Of a DNA stretch of 64,000 nt, positions 39,075 to 51,824 are shown piece after piece. The position numbers were made by a program, and so were the translations under genes. Position 1 is the first letter of the stretch; each line of letters begins with the position of its first letter. The notes below the pieces were generated by a model. That model was not told where the DNA came from and searched no databases. It saw only the letters and a program-made list of their open reading frames with translations. Origin of the DNA: Raillietiella orientalis (Eukaryota); contig JAYWIR010000009.1 of assembly GCA_036172245.1 (NCBI GenBank), positions 2,666,001 to 2,730,000 on the forward strand. Reading direction: 5' to 3'.

Positions 39075-39900
39075 GTACACGGTCATCACGCCGGGATGTT
39101 TATTTAAAAAATAAACCACAAGTTAGCAAGGAACAGCGTCTTCTGAATACAAAAGTTCATTGAGGATGACCACTAGCACGTAGGTCGGCTTCTAAAGAAG
39201 AAGGGAATGGTAGGAGGGAACAATAAATAAATAAAAAAAAAAGACGGAAGGTAGAGACAAGGGTTTTTTGGTTTGAGCCCTTCCTTCCTAAAAGCGGCTG
39301 TGTATGATGGCGATCTCTGACTTCTTCTGGCAGGTGAGGCCACCTTGTAGCAGTCCTCATGAAGGTGGCCACCATGTTGGAAACCTTCTCTTGATGCGAA
39401 TGTGACTCTAACACATGGAGGACTGTCGCCATGGCGCCGATGCAACAGATCGTTGCGATGACGGCGCCGGTCTTTAGTCCGCCTCCGATGAAGAAGGCTA
39501 GCAGCAAATTCGTAGCGGTGTCCCGCGGTTGACGGAGTGCCGAAGCGAGTCTCCGCCACATGTCCTCCAGGACACCTCAGTCCAACAAGAGGCGAGAGAA
39601 CGATCCCATCAGCATCGCACCTGGAACAGTTCGGAAAACGAGGTCCCCGTGCAACCAGTTCAGATAGCAGCAGCAGAACATCCTGTGGTTTCCAGCGGAG
39701 CAGGTACACGGAGGTCTCCGAGCACAAGGGACCACCAGTTCTTCGGGAGGCACACCGAGAAGGTCGCTCCTTCGAAGGGGTCGCTCTGTCTGGAAAAGAG
39801 GAGTGGCGGCGTTCAGCAACTCGTCTTTTGAGCCATCGAGGAGTTTCTCGACTCCTGCAATTTTGCAGGACAACTCCCACTCTACCGGTTGGCTGCTGCT
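39075..39900 (-). mobile_element. L1/Tx1 LINE 3' fragment
   Basis: FPNCSRC...ATRWPHL; tail cacgccgggatgtttatttaaaaaataaac. Confidence 0.75.
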
Positions 39901-39929
39901 ATGGTTTGGTCTGAGGGCAGACAGTGCTA

Positions 39930-41000
39930 CGATGAGGGGCGAGGTGACTATTCGGGACCACTGCGACCATTCCTATGGAAGATCTCCTAGTGGCTTGCAT
40001 AGGAGTCTCCGCGGCGCCACAGTCAGTTCCAATTCCACTGCAGTGGTAGAAAACAACTGCGCGCTTCAACTTCCGGGAAAGTTGTTTATCCAACAACGCC
40101 ATTTTTTCAAACGCTACAATTGTATATTGTACCTGATGGGAAGCAAGGAACATAGCAAGTGGGGATGTGCCAGGTGATTTAGCAAGCATGGCGCATGGTA
40201 TCTATGAAAAGGCATCGATGACGCCATTCGACAGAGGGAGCAAAAGAATGCACCAAGAAGCCACTGTTCCATCGAAGCTTATTGAAAGGCTATGCGAATG
40301 ACCAGATTTCAGAAAGAAGCACCTGTCTGATCACCCCTGATTATGACTGAATTTACGGTGACAAAGTACTGATAGTGTGATCTTCTCCCAATGACGAAAA
40401 GCACCCAGATAACAGGTGGTCACTGTTCACTAACTATGGAGAGTGACGTGAAAAATTCGACTACTGCGAGCTTTCCCGAATTTCCGACGTGCCATGGCTT
40501 CATGGTTTCCTGTAGAACTGGGGATTCCAAGAATTCCAATGGCTCCGTGCAATGGTGTCATCTATGCAATCAGCAATCGATCCGCCATTCGTTGTCTCGT
40601 TAGCGATGGCTGCTGAGAACTCTTCCTGGATGGCAGTCTTTCTTGTTCTCACAATGCTGCGGAATGAGACCATAAAGTCTTGGATTTGGGAGTGGGCTGC
40701 AGGCTGTCTTCCAGATGCTTTTCAGTTCAATTTGCTTAATGGAACTGTGCAGAATTTCGAAGAACGCGATTCGTAGGAAAAGTCCTACATGCCCCTTCAC
40801 GTATTGACAGCTCACACTGCGACATCAACAGAGCTCAAATTTCCCATCAAAGTACCATGGAGGACTGTCCCAGGATAGCATCAGCCCTGCGGCCAAAACA
40901 TTGAACCGAAACAAACGGAGTGATGCATTGTGTGCCAGCGGAGTGGGCCGGCCGCAGCATTCTGCCAGGGCGCTCGGACACCGGAGAGCACGGTCATCGA
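39930..41000 (+). pseudogene. rep: CRESS Rep (nanovirus/alphasatellite-like), decayed
   Basis: SQFQFHCSGRKQLRAS (HxQ...KxR), NCILYLM (motif III), ETIKSWIWEWAAG (RxIxWIWExxG), CDINR (DIPR) and YHGGLSQDSI (YxxLExxKDG). Confidence 0.5.
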
Positions 41001-41229
41001 AAAGCGCTGTTGGACCAATTGATCCGATGATTCCCACTGAGCGGTTCAAGAATCATTGAATTTTGAAGACAATCAATGGAAATGGTACGACTTGCATGCT
41101 GCGGGATGGCAGTTAAAAGAGTCTTCCATCGAGATGAAAGGACGGTGAGTTCTCAACTGTCTCCTTCCAAGAGGAATTTACTTTGCTCCTGGTTGCTTGT
41201 TTATCTCAACATCACTTTGCCTGCGTTGG

Positions 41230-41560
41230 CGGCGGTGTGGTGGCCCCACCCGGGGAAGGATCGACGCCTAGAACCACTGAGTCGTGGGTTTCCATCCCCC
41301 CCCTCCACAAGATGTGTTGGTAGACCTGCAGGCTTCGGGTACGTCAATGGTGGAGGCCGGAAACCGAACGTTCCCGTTGACAGGTTGGGATTGGAAGTTC
41401 AGCCTCCGGGGTCCTACCAGGAACCAAGGAGATGGCTCCCCTCCTGTTGGGAAAGTGGGGCCGTCCCCTTTTCCTCGTGGACCGTGCATCTGCTTAAAAG
41501 CCCCCTCGTAGGGTTGCCTCTCCTGGACAGAAAGCTCTTTTTGCAAACACCCTACCTACT
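41230..41560 (+). mobile_element. SINE 5' and body fragment (uninterrupted at the LINE target site)
   Basis: ccacccggggaaggatcgacgcc...ccgttgacagg matches the 20400-20680 copy. Confidence 0.7.
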
Positions 41561-42899
41561 TACCCTCTACTCTGGAGGTCACCCGCCTCGGCGTGAGCGT
41601 AACCGCAATCAAATTCATGGGTGCAATCGAACGATTTCCCCATCTTGCACTCTTGAGACCCATCCATTCGAAGGGAGAGTAAGAGGAACTGAGAAGCGGA
41701 CCTAAGAATACATATCTGTTACACAGATTAATCTCCAGCTTCATGGAACTCATGTCCAAATCGACTTTCATCACCGCAGCTAATGCGAAGCAAAAGCTGA
41801 GTTGCTCACAAATCATGGCGCGCATGGCGAATTCGGATTTCGAATTCACGCGTTTCTCTTGGAAACGACAGTAGGTGTTCCAGAATGTTTCTTTTCTTCC
41901 CCTTGCCGCGGTTTCCACACTCACATGAACAAGTCCAAAGATTCAAATTCTCATTCCCCACTTACAACTGCTTCTTCGAGTCATCAGGCACTCGTAGAAC
42001 CGTTTTTTTTTCTTCTTTTTTTGCCATTAGAAAGTAAAAACTGCCCTACCTGAGTTCTTCTTCATGCCCCTTGAGGTGCATGAAGAACAACAGTATGCGA
42101 TTTTATCCCATCAAGCATGCGCCCTTTGAGTTTTTTTGCAACGCAGCATAAGGTAATGCAGATGATGCCGACTGTACATCTCTTTCTGGGAGTATACAAC
42201 CTTATAATGTGATTCTCCCACTCAGCACATGCCACTGAGATCAAAACTCAGTGCTATGTGCACCACCTTATGCTTGCCTGCATCAGCTGTGTTATCAGCG
42301 TGCGATGAGAGCAGACAGCCCTCTGCTTCATTTTTCCTTTTCAGAGAGTAAGTTAACCACATGGATGACCATGCTCTCACGATTCATGCAAACACCTTCA
42401 AGAAGAACGCAGGAAGACTCGTGAATATGGGATAGGATAGAGGAGCAGGAAGCAACGAGTTGTTTCGTTTATCCAGTTACGTAATCATGAAGTGTGCATT
42501 CGTTTCTTCCTTATACTTGGGAAGGGGACAGAACTTGCTGCCACTTCCAAGGACTTCAGGAATCGAAGGAGCAGCGTGCGGGAAAATCGCAAGGATCCCT
42601 ATGGGTGCGCTCTGCAGAGTGACGTAGCTCATCTGGGTGTCACTTGATTTTGGTGTGCATCTTGATCTTCGTGCTGCTTGCATCAAGCGGGGTTGTCCAT
42701 TAAACTCCTGCGGTGATGCAAGGGCTGAAACCGAGGGCCGAAGAACAGAGTGAAACTGCCCTCCGAGGAGAACTCTTGGAGATCTTGGAGGGCAGAAAAG
42801 CCACGTAATTTGTTCTCATTGCCTTATTCTTATCGCACCCAACACGAATCCATTGCTGAGGTCCTCAACAGGAGTCGAGGAAGCAGCTTTCTCGCTTGT

Positions 42900-43250
42900 G
42901 CTTGGATTTCAAGATGCATGTGCGGGCGTATATCATGAAGGCCGGATGCTTCATCCCGACCGTTCCCTGCAACGCGACTCTCGAAAGGTGTTCCGCCTTT
43001 GGAGTCACGAAAACACAAAAAGCAATTCTGAATAGTTATGGAGGTTTTCTAGTCACTGCGGTTCTCTCGCTTACTTCTTTAGTTTCTAAAGTCGTCGGAA
43101 GTTGCGCAAATTGTTCCCTTCCAAGTGTAGAGGTCAGCTCTTTTCCATCATAGGCTTTCCACCAATCGTATCCTTTTCTAAAAGAAAATGATTGGTAGGA
43201 AAGAGTCGCAATGAGGGACCCTACATGAGTGACAGTGCACGCGATGGAAG
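42900..43250 (-). pseudogene. rep: CRESS Rep helicase fragment (circovirus-like)
   Basis: KGYDWWKAYDGKE (KWWDGYxGxE) in ORF 43036-43305(-), followed by LFRIA and CFRDSKGGTPFESR (VExKGGxxF) in ORF 42830-43018(-). Confidence 0.6.
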
Positions 43251-43399
43251 CGATTGAACAGCAACGGCACGCCGCGGTCGTGACTATGAGCGTTAATGCC
43301 AACATCCATCACAGAGGAAGACCAAACCGCATCTACGAGCAAGCTCCTAATGGGAAGATTAAGAGTTGATGGTCCAGCAGATTCTTACTGATTCACGTC

Positions 43400-44115
43400 T
43401 TGCGATCCAGCGCACGATCTACTGCTCTCACCTACAACAGCCACAGGAGCATCGACTTTCACAAACTGCAACAGCAGCTCGAAGAAAACACCAACTTCCA
43501 AATAGGAGGAACAGAAATAGGAACACGAGGTGCATCACGCCTACAGGGGCGTATTCAATGCAAACCACCCATCGCATTGAAGAAACTGAAACAAAGTTCG
43601 CTCTTCAAGGCTCGCGTCGAGGCAGCCAAGGGGTGATCCAAGTGAAACATACATCTTGTTCAAAACGGGACCCTGATCCTCATGGCTTGCATCTGATATG
43701 GACACCTGGTCTTTTACAAGGTGTCAGATAGCTTCCTTGGTGGTTGGTGAATCGTTTTTCCCGCATTTTTCCCTCTTAAGCCTGGTATGCAGTAGACAGT
43801 CCTGAAGTTTGGCTGATGAAGAGAGGCGAACGGATAGATCCTTGCGAAGAATTCAAGCATTCGGCTATGCTCTCCGGACTGCCAAATCTATCGTTTGGTG
43901 GAAGAATAGTGGAATCACAGAATTTCACGGCTCCTCTGATCAACCAACCAATTTACGGACCATGGCAGTGTGGTTAACGGTTGATTATTGGCTATCCTTT
44001 CGAGTCATGATTCAATCAGTAAGGGAATCCAAGAATCCACGGCTCCTGCACGCTTCCTCGAACTCACTATCAAGACTCCGAGATTCTTGTGATCATAATC
44101 GGAGATTTTCTGTAC
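43400..44115 (+). pseudogene. rep: Endogenous CRESS-DNA virus Rep (circovirus-like), near full length, decayed
   Basis: ORF 43400-43636 reads LTYNS (motif I FTxNN), IGGTEIGTRGASRLQG (motif II GxExGxxGTPHLQG) and ARVEAAKG (AHxExAKG). Across a frameshift it continues SCSK (motif III YCSK). Downstream are VWWKNSG/ITEFHG (WWDGY/Walker B), RLIIGYPF (RLxDRYP), LHASSN (motif C ITSN) and NRRF (Arg finger), in canonical order. Confidence 0.85.
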
Positions 44116-44149
44116 ATGTAGATATGGGATCTTGGATACGAATGATGGC

Positions 44150-44950
44150 AGGGTGCACTAAAACGCGTAATGTTCCCTTCCCAAAGGAACCTCGTCAGCT
44201 GCCCTTCACATTCGAGTAGGGGCAGCAACTGCACAATGCGTTGAATGCTGAAAGTTGGACTGCGCATCTCATCAATCCTTGGAATTTCCATACTGAAAGT
44301 GAAAAACAGTGAATAGAACAAACTGTGAATCTTTCAGAGCTCCACACATCTCCTGTGCTTCAAGAATCCTTCAATGTCCCTCCTAAACACACAGACTTGA
44401 AGATTGGCAGTCGATATTTCTCCCTTCACCCACTTAAGCGGCTGTGGATTCTCTTATTCCCCTATTTGGTGTCCTTTCACCTCCTCCCTCTAAGATGACC
44501 TAGCCGGAAAGCTAGCTGAATCATAATCTCATCCGGAGTTCTGAAAACCCTGGTAAGATCTAGTGTCCCAATCTATACTTCTATCTTCTATATCTTTGTA
44601 TGCTTAGTGCTTACTGTTGGAGGTTATGGCAAACGCCCCGTCCTGACCAGGTGTCAGAGCAGCCAATACCAGGATCGACAGGAGACTTCCACCAAATCTG
44701 GTTCTCGAGAATGGAAGTCAAGGTACCTTTCCCTCGTGGCACCTCGGGAACAACGCTGGAAGGAATCCGACCAAAGGGGACAAAGATGATACCGGAAACT
44801 GCATCGCCCCCTTTTCTCTGCTGCAAGAGTGCCCGAATCGGTAAGGGCCGCTCATGGTGATCGGATCTCCTGGTGAGCCTGAGACCCAACAGGTCGCATC
44901 CTTAACAGACGCATCCTCAGTCACACTATTCCAGGAACGCATTCAAAGCT
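44150..44950 (+). pseudogene. rep: Probable CRESS Rep, decayed, tandem with the 43400 copy
   Basis: KRVMF (KRWxF), STHLLCF (TxHLQGF), SGVLKT (GxGKT), GGYGKRPVL (DGYxGQxVV), SRY and PKG. Confidence 0.4.
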
Positions 44951-45249
44951 GAAGCCGCATCCATCATTCCGGGAGTGGAAGCGTGGAAACCAACAAGGAC
45001 GGGGTGCAAGGAGGACTCGAGGTTCCCCTCAGGCAATCTTGGCTGGAAACGAAGGGCGCCGTGTGCAAGTTGCAGAACAGCCGGCTCATTCGTTGGGTGC
45101 ACACCTCGTGGCCAGGATAGTCAGCGTCCAAGAAGATCCACCATGGGCGAAGGTGAAATCCACTCAAACTCCTTTCCTGGAATCTTTCTTCCGCTCCGTT
45201 CGAAACATACAATCTTGTTCACTTCCGGAGATGGGAAGAAGCCTCTGAA

Positions 45250-46250
45250 GAGATGATTGGATGGTGGAAACTGTGAGGAATCGTAGTCGTTTTGCGCGAC
45301 GATAATTTCGGATGAAATCCATAGGGCGAGTTTTTCAGTGGTGATCCGAATTGGATGCCGACCGCAGTGTATGTAGAAGAATGGTGTAGGCAGAAGCGCT
45401 CGTCCATCGCTCATAAGGATGCGCACTTCCATTCATTTGAGGAGTGCTGCCGTCTGGTCAGCTACCGAAGGTCATTGATCAGGAAGAAAGCGAAGCGATG
45501 TGATCCCGGATTTACTTTTACCACGCGAACTTTTCCCTCCCGCGATAGGACTGGAGCAAGAAGTCGGTAAACCTGGAATCATCTGGAAGAGTTCCTCGGG
45601 ATCAACGATGGAGTAAACGAATCCATTCCGCGTTTCCCTCTGAGGGAAAAATTCTTGCGTTTCAAATACCCACTTCCAGAGCAACCGACATTCGGTGCCG
45701 CTCGAATGCGCCTTCCGCAAGTCTTTCCAATTTATGTTTATTAATGTTTCTTTCGGGAGATTCCTCCGCATGTGCAGCAAATGAAAAATAGAGCCGAGCA
45801 GATTGCTGCCACTGGCATATTCTCTTCTCTTCTGGAAGAGTTGCAAAATGACTGTTTCAGCGATCCCTAACGGCATGATAAACTCGCGTGCTCGAACTGG
45901 GAATAGTCAAAGTAGATCCCAGATTGGTGTGAGAAATATCGGGGAGGAAAAATACCTGAAATATCCGGGCATCAGAAATCAATTCGGAAATTTTTTGCCC
46001 AAATCTGCTTGGATATTTTTGGTACCCAGGCAGCAGCGAAGGGCACCATTATCTTTGGCAATCACCAGCGCACCAACCTTCATCCATTCCTTTCATCTTT
46101 CCATCGTGCATGCAGAAGGCGATGGGAAATTGAATCGCGTAAATAAATGTGCAATTACATAACCAAATCAAGCAGAAAAAAATAATAATGACTTTTTGAT
46201 TACTGGCGGTTCGAGTATGAAAACACCCTTTCATGAAAAGGCCTGCGTCT
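45250..46250 (-). pseudogene. rep: Probable CRESS Rep (nanovirus-like), decayed
   Basis: KGCFHT (motif I), KDNGALRCCLG (motif II), RLLWKWVFET (RxIxWVxE), PDG (KDG) and TPFFYIHCG (PHxxVFxN). Confidence 0.45.
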
Positions 46251-46419
46251 CGCAGTCTTGGAACCATGAGAATGATTTGGTAATCAAGGAAAACTGATAA
46301 GGAAGAAAACCCGCTTTGCCACTATTAATTTTTTTTTTCTTTTTTTCTCCTGAGTTTCTCTTTTACTTGGGAATCCCTGTGAGGACATTCAGCGATTGAT
46401 TCTGCTGATGTATGCAAGC

Positions 46420-46840
46420 CTTACATCTTGCGCCGACAACAAGTTGCTCCTTGGAGAACGTGGAGGCCGGCATTTCCGAAGCTCCCGTCTTCGTAAAGCC
46501 CTTGCCACGCCAATGCTGGTCACTTGGGGAAGGTCATGCGAGCCACTTCGGTACTTACATCTCATCCAAGTTCTCCTTCATGAGGAGAGTGATGTTTCAG
46601 GTGGAGCGGGCAAGGGACATTCCAGAGCAGCTGCAGCTCACAGAAATAGAAACCTCTAAGTCTCGACTGCCCCGCTTCTCGACACTTCCATTCAGTGATG
46701 CGACAAGAATCTTCAGCATCACTTGCAGACGAATTTCAACCAGGAGTTTCTCGTCCCAAGTGCGGAAAGAAGAAGAGAGACAGAAAGCGAGGAGGCCGCA
46801 GACAGATCTAGGGAGATGCGCGTTCCTGAGATGAGGCACG
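46420..46840 (-). mobile_element. Repeat also present at 59590-59910, possibly a LINE APE endonuclease N-terminus
   Basis: Shared gacaagaatcttcagcatcac.tgcagacgaa core; minus strand reads MLKILVASLNG...SIGVA (APE-like). Confidence 0.5.
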
Positions 46841-46949
46841 TAAAGGTTTCCACGACAACTCAACTTTCCGTTGCGCGTGAATTTGCACCTCATCTTCGTG
46901 TGCTCCAAGTGATCGACTGGCTGACACAATCTCGCAAGACTTTTGGATG

Positions 46950-47650
46950 TCATATGTAACCACATCCAGAATATTGGCACTTCTATGCGAGTCTTCGTGA
47001 ATTCACCTGCGTCTGGCACCATGCGCGGACATAGTGGCCACGCGGCCTCCAGCGCGGGCGGCGCGCGGTGTCAAGAGTTGAAGGTGAGAATACTCTTAAA
47101 GGGCCGGACAAGTTCTTCGCACACCTTGTCCGACCCCTGCTGTTTGTTTGCGTTCTCTATCGGAGATGTAAAAATGCGGAACGAGGAGCTCCTGCGAAAA
47201 GCCTTCTGGGGAACGCAGAGGTCTCGGGTCCGCTTGAAGGGCGTGTGAGCGCCACGTCGGACGACAGATTCTGCGCCTTAACGCTGCAGAGGATGGAGAG
47301 ACAGCTCCAGTGTAGATTAGCCCCTAGAGGCGAAGTTCTGCGCCACCATTTGGTACGGCCCAGACCCACTTCTGGCCAAGCGAGACTGGTGTCTAGGGAC
47401 TGGGCAGCACGTTCCTCATGCATGGCCATTGAGAGAGTTTCCCCGTTGGGGGTACCAACTCCTGCAAATGGTCGCATTGGTGCAGGAGAAGAGATGGATT
47501 TTCCTTCCGCTCCGCCAAGTGTGGTGCTGGAAACAGGAAGCAGCTCAGGCTTGGACGGAAAGAAGAGGCACGAGTCTGGGGCCATCGCGATGCCTGCGAT
47601 TCCTGAATGATGCTCGCTGCTAGTTGCAGGAAATCATGGACTGCCCAAGG
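46950..47650 (+). pseudogene. rep: Probable CRESS Rep (nanovirus-like), decayed
   Basis: SPASGTMRGH (motif II), EMDFP (DxP), LDGKKRHES (KDG..KYES) and LVAGN (VFAN). Confidence 0.4.
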
Positions 47651-47699
47651 AAGGAGAGGAACACCTTCTTTGGGCCGAGAACACCCTACTTGCAGCCAC

Positions 47700-48650
47700 C
47701 ACGCTCAGAGCAATCCAACAAAGTGGAAGTAGCGATGGCCTCGCAAGATGGGAAGGATCCTGCGAGACCGCGGGAAAGAAGAAGCTGCTGAGATGCTGGA
47801 CAACGCGTCAACTGGCTGACGCATGTACTTCCGCCTCCCTCTCCAAACGAATTCGTCGCTGTGTGGATCTCTTGGACATTCCTCCTGAAGAGCTAGAAAT
47901 ACCCTCAGGTTTGTGGACAGGTCTACGCTTCCCCGGGAGTGCCAGGGCTCCTCATTGAAGTTGTTTCACTGGGCGATCCCATGCCACGCAGGAGTCCATC
48001 AATGGACTACGGGAAGTGCGGTCCCCGGACTGTGCCAGGCGTGGGGAAGGGGTAACCTCCCCCATCCCCTGCTGCATTGCGTACCACTCCTGATTGTTCG
48101 GGAAATGCTTTGCTGCTGCGTCCCTCACTTCCCATGGACAACGTCAGAGACTTCTTGCAGCGCCCATTCGGGCGCGACGCGATGTCACCCGCAGCTTCGC
48201 TTGCAGCCCTGTGGGGTCTTCGTGGGATCGGGACGGCGAGAAGCCGCGCGGAAAGAGGCCAGTCGGACGGTGGCGTCATGGCAATCGTCTGCTCCTTCGT
48301 GAAGAAGGCGACAGGATGGCCACGTCCCTGCCAACAAAAGGAGGAAGTTGCCAACATCCTCCAAAGGATGGTAAGGACGTTGTCCAGGGAGAAATCTGTG
48401 ATCCTTTCCCCACCCTTCCAAACGTTTTTAAACTTGTGTGTGTGTGTGTTTTTTTTTTCAGCCGTTTCCCCACTGTTCCTGTGGGGACCTCGTTTCGGAG
48501 CTGCTCACGAGAATCAACCCCTCTGAGGCGGCATTTCCCTTTGTAGTGGTGATGTGAAGCCCCTACGAAGAACAGAGACAGTTTTTTATTTGATCCCTTT
48601 TTTTTGTACATATTTTTATACAAGAAACGCCCCGGAGTGACCGGGTGGAA
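47700..48650 (+). mobile_element. L1/Tx1 LINE 3' fragment
   Basis: LFHWAIPC, DCARRG, SPAASLAALWG; ends in cccggagtgaccggg at 48631-48645. Confidence 0.8.
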
Positions 48651-48679
48651 ATGAAGGATCGACGCCTTGGGACTGTGGG

Positions 48680-49120
48680 CAGACAGGTTGGTTTTATCTT
48701 GCTGATAAATAGTCGTTGCGATAGAAGCCCCGCTTGGGAAGAGAGGAACCGCAGGTTCGGACGTTTGGTACACATTCTTGGTCGAACGGCCAGCGGGACG
48801 AAGCCGGCAACAACCCGGCGGATGATGGCTTCATCCGCCGGGCTGTTGCCAAACGCTGCCAAAAGCCTCTGAAGCGGAATCCGTCCCGATCTAGAGCGAC
48901 GACACCGTCTCACCTCTGGTGCTGGGAGGATAGGTTAGGCACCCTGGAGCGTCTCTTTCATTCTCCATGTGCCGGAGGTGCAACGGTCCCTCTTCCGTCG
49001 CGAGTCCCAGCAAGTAAAAACATGGTGCCCTTTGGGGCTCCGCGGAGCTCCATGAACACCTTGCCTGACGAACGTGGAGGCGTCAAATCGTCTATAGACG
49101 ACTTGCGTACCGACCGGGAT
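48680..49120 (+). pseudogene. rep: Probable CRESS Rep N-terminal fragment
   Basis: GFILLINS (motif I), EERNRRFGRLVHILG (ExxxxTGxxHLQG) and HLWCWED (YCxKED). Confidence 0.45.
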
Positions 49121-49123
49121 GCT

Positions 49124-49170
49124 CTTGCCATAACTTTCTCTTGCCTGGATCTCTTTTGGTTCACGGAGAA
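49124..49170 (+). repeat. 47-bp exact direct repeat, copy 1 (copy 2 at 53811-53857)
   Basis: cttgccataactttctcttgcctggatctcttttggttcacggagaa at both positions. Confidence 0.95.
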
Positions 49171-49199
49171 GTAGAGCAGCCACCACACTGCGGTTGATT

Positions 49200-49700
49200 G
49201 AGACTAAGCCCTTGAGGTCGAGGATTTGTCAAAAAAAAAGGGGGAGAATAATGGGCCCGTCGTGGGTCTCAAGTCCCCCCAGGCACATGACGCTGGTCGT
49301 CCTCGGGTGGCTTTGGATGATGTCCCCGTTGACTGGCCATGATTCGAAGTCAATCTTTCAGAGTCTTTCCAGGAATCAGGGAGTCGGTTCCCTTCGGGGC
49401 TCCACTCCGATTGTGAAAATGAGGCCGTCCTCTTTCTCCCTGAGTGAGTGGGGAGGGCAACCCTCTATCGCATACCATGGAGCCGGTTGACACCTCTCTG
49501 AAGTGTCAAGAAGCATGCTGCTCCTCCCCTCCCGGGGAAGAGCCCTTTAGGGAAATTCGAATGCGTTCCTTCGGAGCTCCCTTCAAAGGAATAAATCAGG
49601 AGCGGATCCTTTCCGGGTTCCCTTCTTCTCAGAAAAGAGCAGGAAAGATGGGAAGCGCACATCTTCTTACAGGGTGCACAGGGTTTTTCGGGACAGAATG
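49200..49700 (+). mobile_element. SINE body
   Basis: ccccgttgactggcc...ccgattgtgaaaatgaggccg matches other copies. Confidence 0.7.
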
Positions 49701-50129
49701 AGGAAGGTTCCTTCTCAAAAGTCTGATAGGACGTACTCTTTCCTCTGGAGCCTTCCTGGATCCATAGGGTGATCTCCGCCTGTGAGCCAAACTAAATAAT
49801 GGATTCTCTCTCCTTCTGCCTCGGTTGTCCCTCTTGACCACCCCCATCCCCCCAAAGATCGCGGAGGAGATCTCAGGTACACGACTTTCATTCTAGGAGT
49901 GCTGGAATCCAGATTCCTGCTGCTTGCGTGCCGACCGGAAGCCAAAAGAACTACCTGCGCTGGGAGCGGAGCTCCGAAGGGACGAAGGGAGGGCAGGATG
50001 AATGAATAGGTAATAGGATGGGCCAACTCGCGGATCTGAGCCGCGATTCCCGAGTGCCTGCGACGCATAGGAAAGGGAAGTGGTGTTGCTGCCCGCAATC
50101 TTCCCGAAGCTTCCCTAGGAACTCGCACT

Positions 50130-51180
50130 CCGGAGTGGACCACTTCAGATCTGGCAGGACGCGGTGAATTTTTCGACCCTGGCCTCCAATTTTCCCTCCG
50201 CTGCGCTGTCTGCTCTCAGGGCAAGAGATGACAGCAGCCCGCCGGTGAGGTGGAAGTTTTCCTGAACCATCGCGGGAAAAAACAGACCCCCCCACGTCTG
50301 GAAGACGGGCGAGTTGGGGATGCTGTCACTCTGCGTGCTTTGGCGAAGGGACTCCTTCGGTAGAGCGAACTTTTGAGTGTTGCCTTTGCATCGCTTCAAC
50401 ACTTCAGTCTTCCCTCTCTCCTGAAAACAAACCGTAGTGATCTTCATCCACTTGGGATTCCAGTGTAACCAGCGACGACATTGAGTTTCCGGAGGGGTTG
50501 CATCCCCGAACTGTGCCAGGTGCCGGTCCACGAACTCGATCCCTCACCTGCTTTTGGACTGCGGCGCCCTCCATGAGCTGTGGCAGAGGCTGGCAACAGC
50601 ACTTCTGCATCAAGAGGACATCGTCCAAGATGTGTTGCGGAGGTTCATCGCTCCGAGAGGCTTCTCGACGTGCGCTGTTATTGCAACTATGGGTTGCATC
50701 CGTGCCATCGTTGGGCCCAACTGGTGCTAGAATCACCACGCAGCGAAGGAAGGTCACCAGGATGGTAGCCACCTACATCAGGGCTGCTGCAAGGTGGCCT
50801 CACCTGGAAGATGAAACCAAGGGAATCGCCGGCATCCATCGCCGATGTTGGACGGTTTGGAATGACGGACCCGGCGATCCTTTTCCCTTCCCTCCCTTTA
50901 CATTTTTTTCTTATCCCCCGTCCCCATTCTCTCCGTACTTTTTCTTCGTGCTTTTTTCTTTTATCCGGGTGAATACGGAGCGACACCAAAGATCTCTGCC
51001 CCTACAGGCCACTTTGCTTTTTTTTTTGTGGTCCTCTTGTTCATCCTCCGTTCCAGAATCTATTGCCCAGGTCTGCGTGCCGGTGGACCCTCCCCTTTGT
51101 TTCCTGTAGTCGTCAATTGATCACCCGGTTCCCAACTGGTTTACTTTTCATGAAATAAGCTCCCCGGCGTGACCGGGTGA
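50130..51180 (+). mobile_element. L1/Tx1 LINE 3' fragment
   Basis: ccccgaactgtgccaggtgc zinc finger and AARWPHL; ends in cccggcgtgaccggg at 51163-51177. Confidence 0.8.
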
Positions 51181-51199
51181 AATACTTTAGGTCTGGCAT

Positions 51200-51545
51200 T
51201 CTGGAGCGGCTTGTCTGCTCGACAACCAGGGCTGGGATGCTCGGCCCCCCAGTCAACGTGCGCTGGTTGGTCAGGCGCTATTCCTCCTTGCAGTATGCGG
51301 AGGCACAGAAGGAAAACAGTCCTTTCTCAGAGCTGCTTCTGCATGCGGATGCCCTCGCCGTCGGCGAGGAGGAAAGTGCACGTCTCGACGAGCCCTTCAC
51401 GATGGAAGAAGTTCCTTTCGCCATCCCGGAGCTCAAGAGACGAAAGGCTCCAGACGAGAATGGCCTGCCCTCAGAGTTCTTGCGGGACTTCAAGGCGGAC
51501 TTCGTCCCCCTGGTGCTGAGCCTTCGGAAGCTGACGAAGTTTTTC
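51200..51545 (+). mobile_element. L1/Tx1 LINE ORF2 fragment (region just before the RT core)
   Basis: LDEPFTMEEVPFAIPELKRRKAPDENGLPSEFLRDF...P matches the L1-type LxxPIxxEEIxxAIxxLxxxKAPGxDGLPxEF motif. Confidence 0.85.
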
Positions 51546-51824
51546 CCCGGTAACATGACCATTATCTAAAGCATAAAACACAGGTCAGAGGGTAACGGCG
51601 TCCCCTGAATACAGGAGATGTCAAAAAAAAAAAGCCAAAAAAAACAGAATTTCGTTGAGGTGGACCAGCGGCACTCAGGCCGGCTTCTAAGGAAGTAGGA
51701 AAAGGAGCGATGGGACAATGAATAAATATAAGAAAGACGGGGGGGTAAAGACCTTTGTCTTGACCCTCCCGTCTTTGGTTTCGATCGTTCCTTCTCTCCT
51801 AGAAGCGGCACGCTGATGAGGTTT

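Noticed and set aside
40020..40350. YqaJ-like exonuclease (RKQLRAS...HGIYE), also considered for 45200-46250
   Set aside because: No clear SPDG or ExKCP motif; the ordered Rep motifs explain these regions better.
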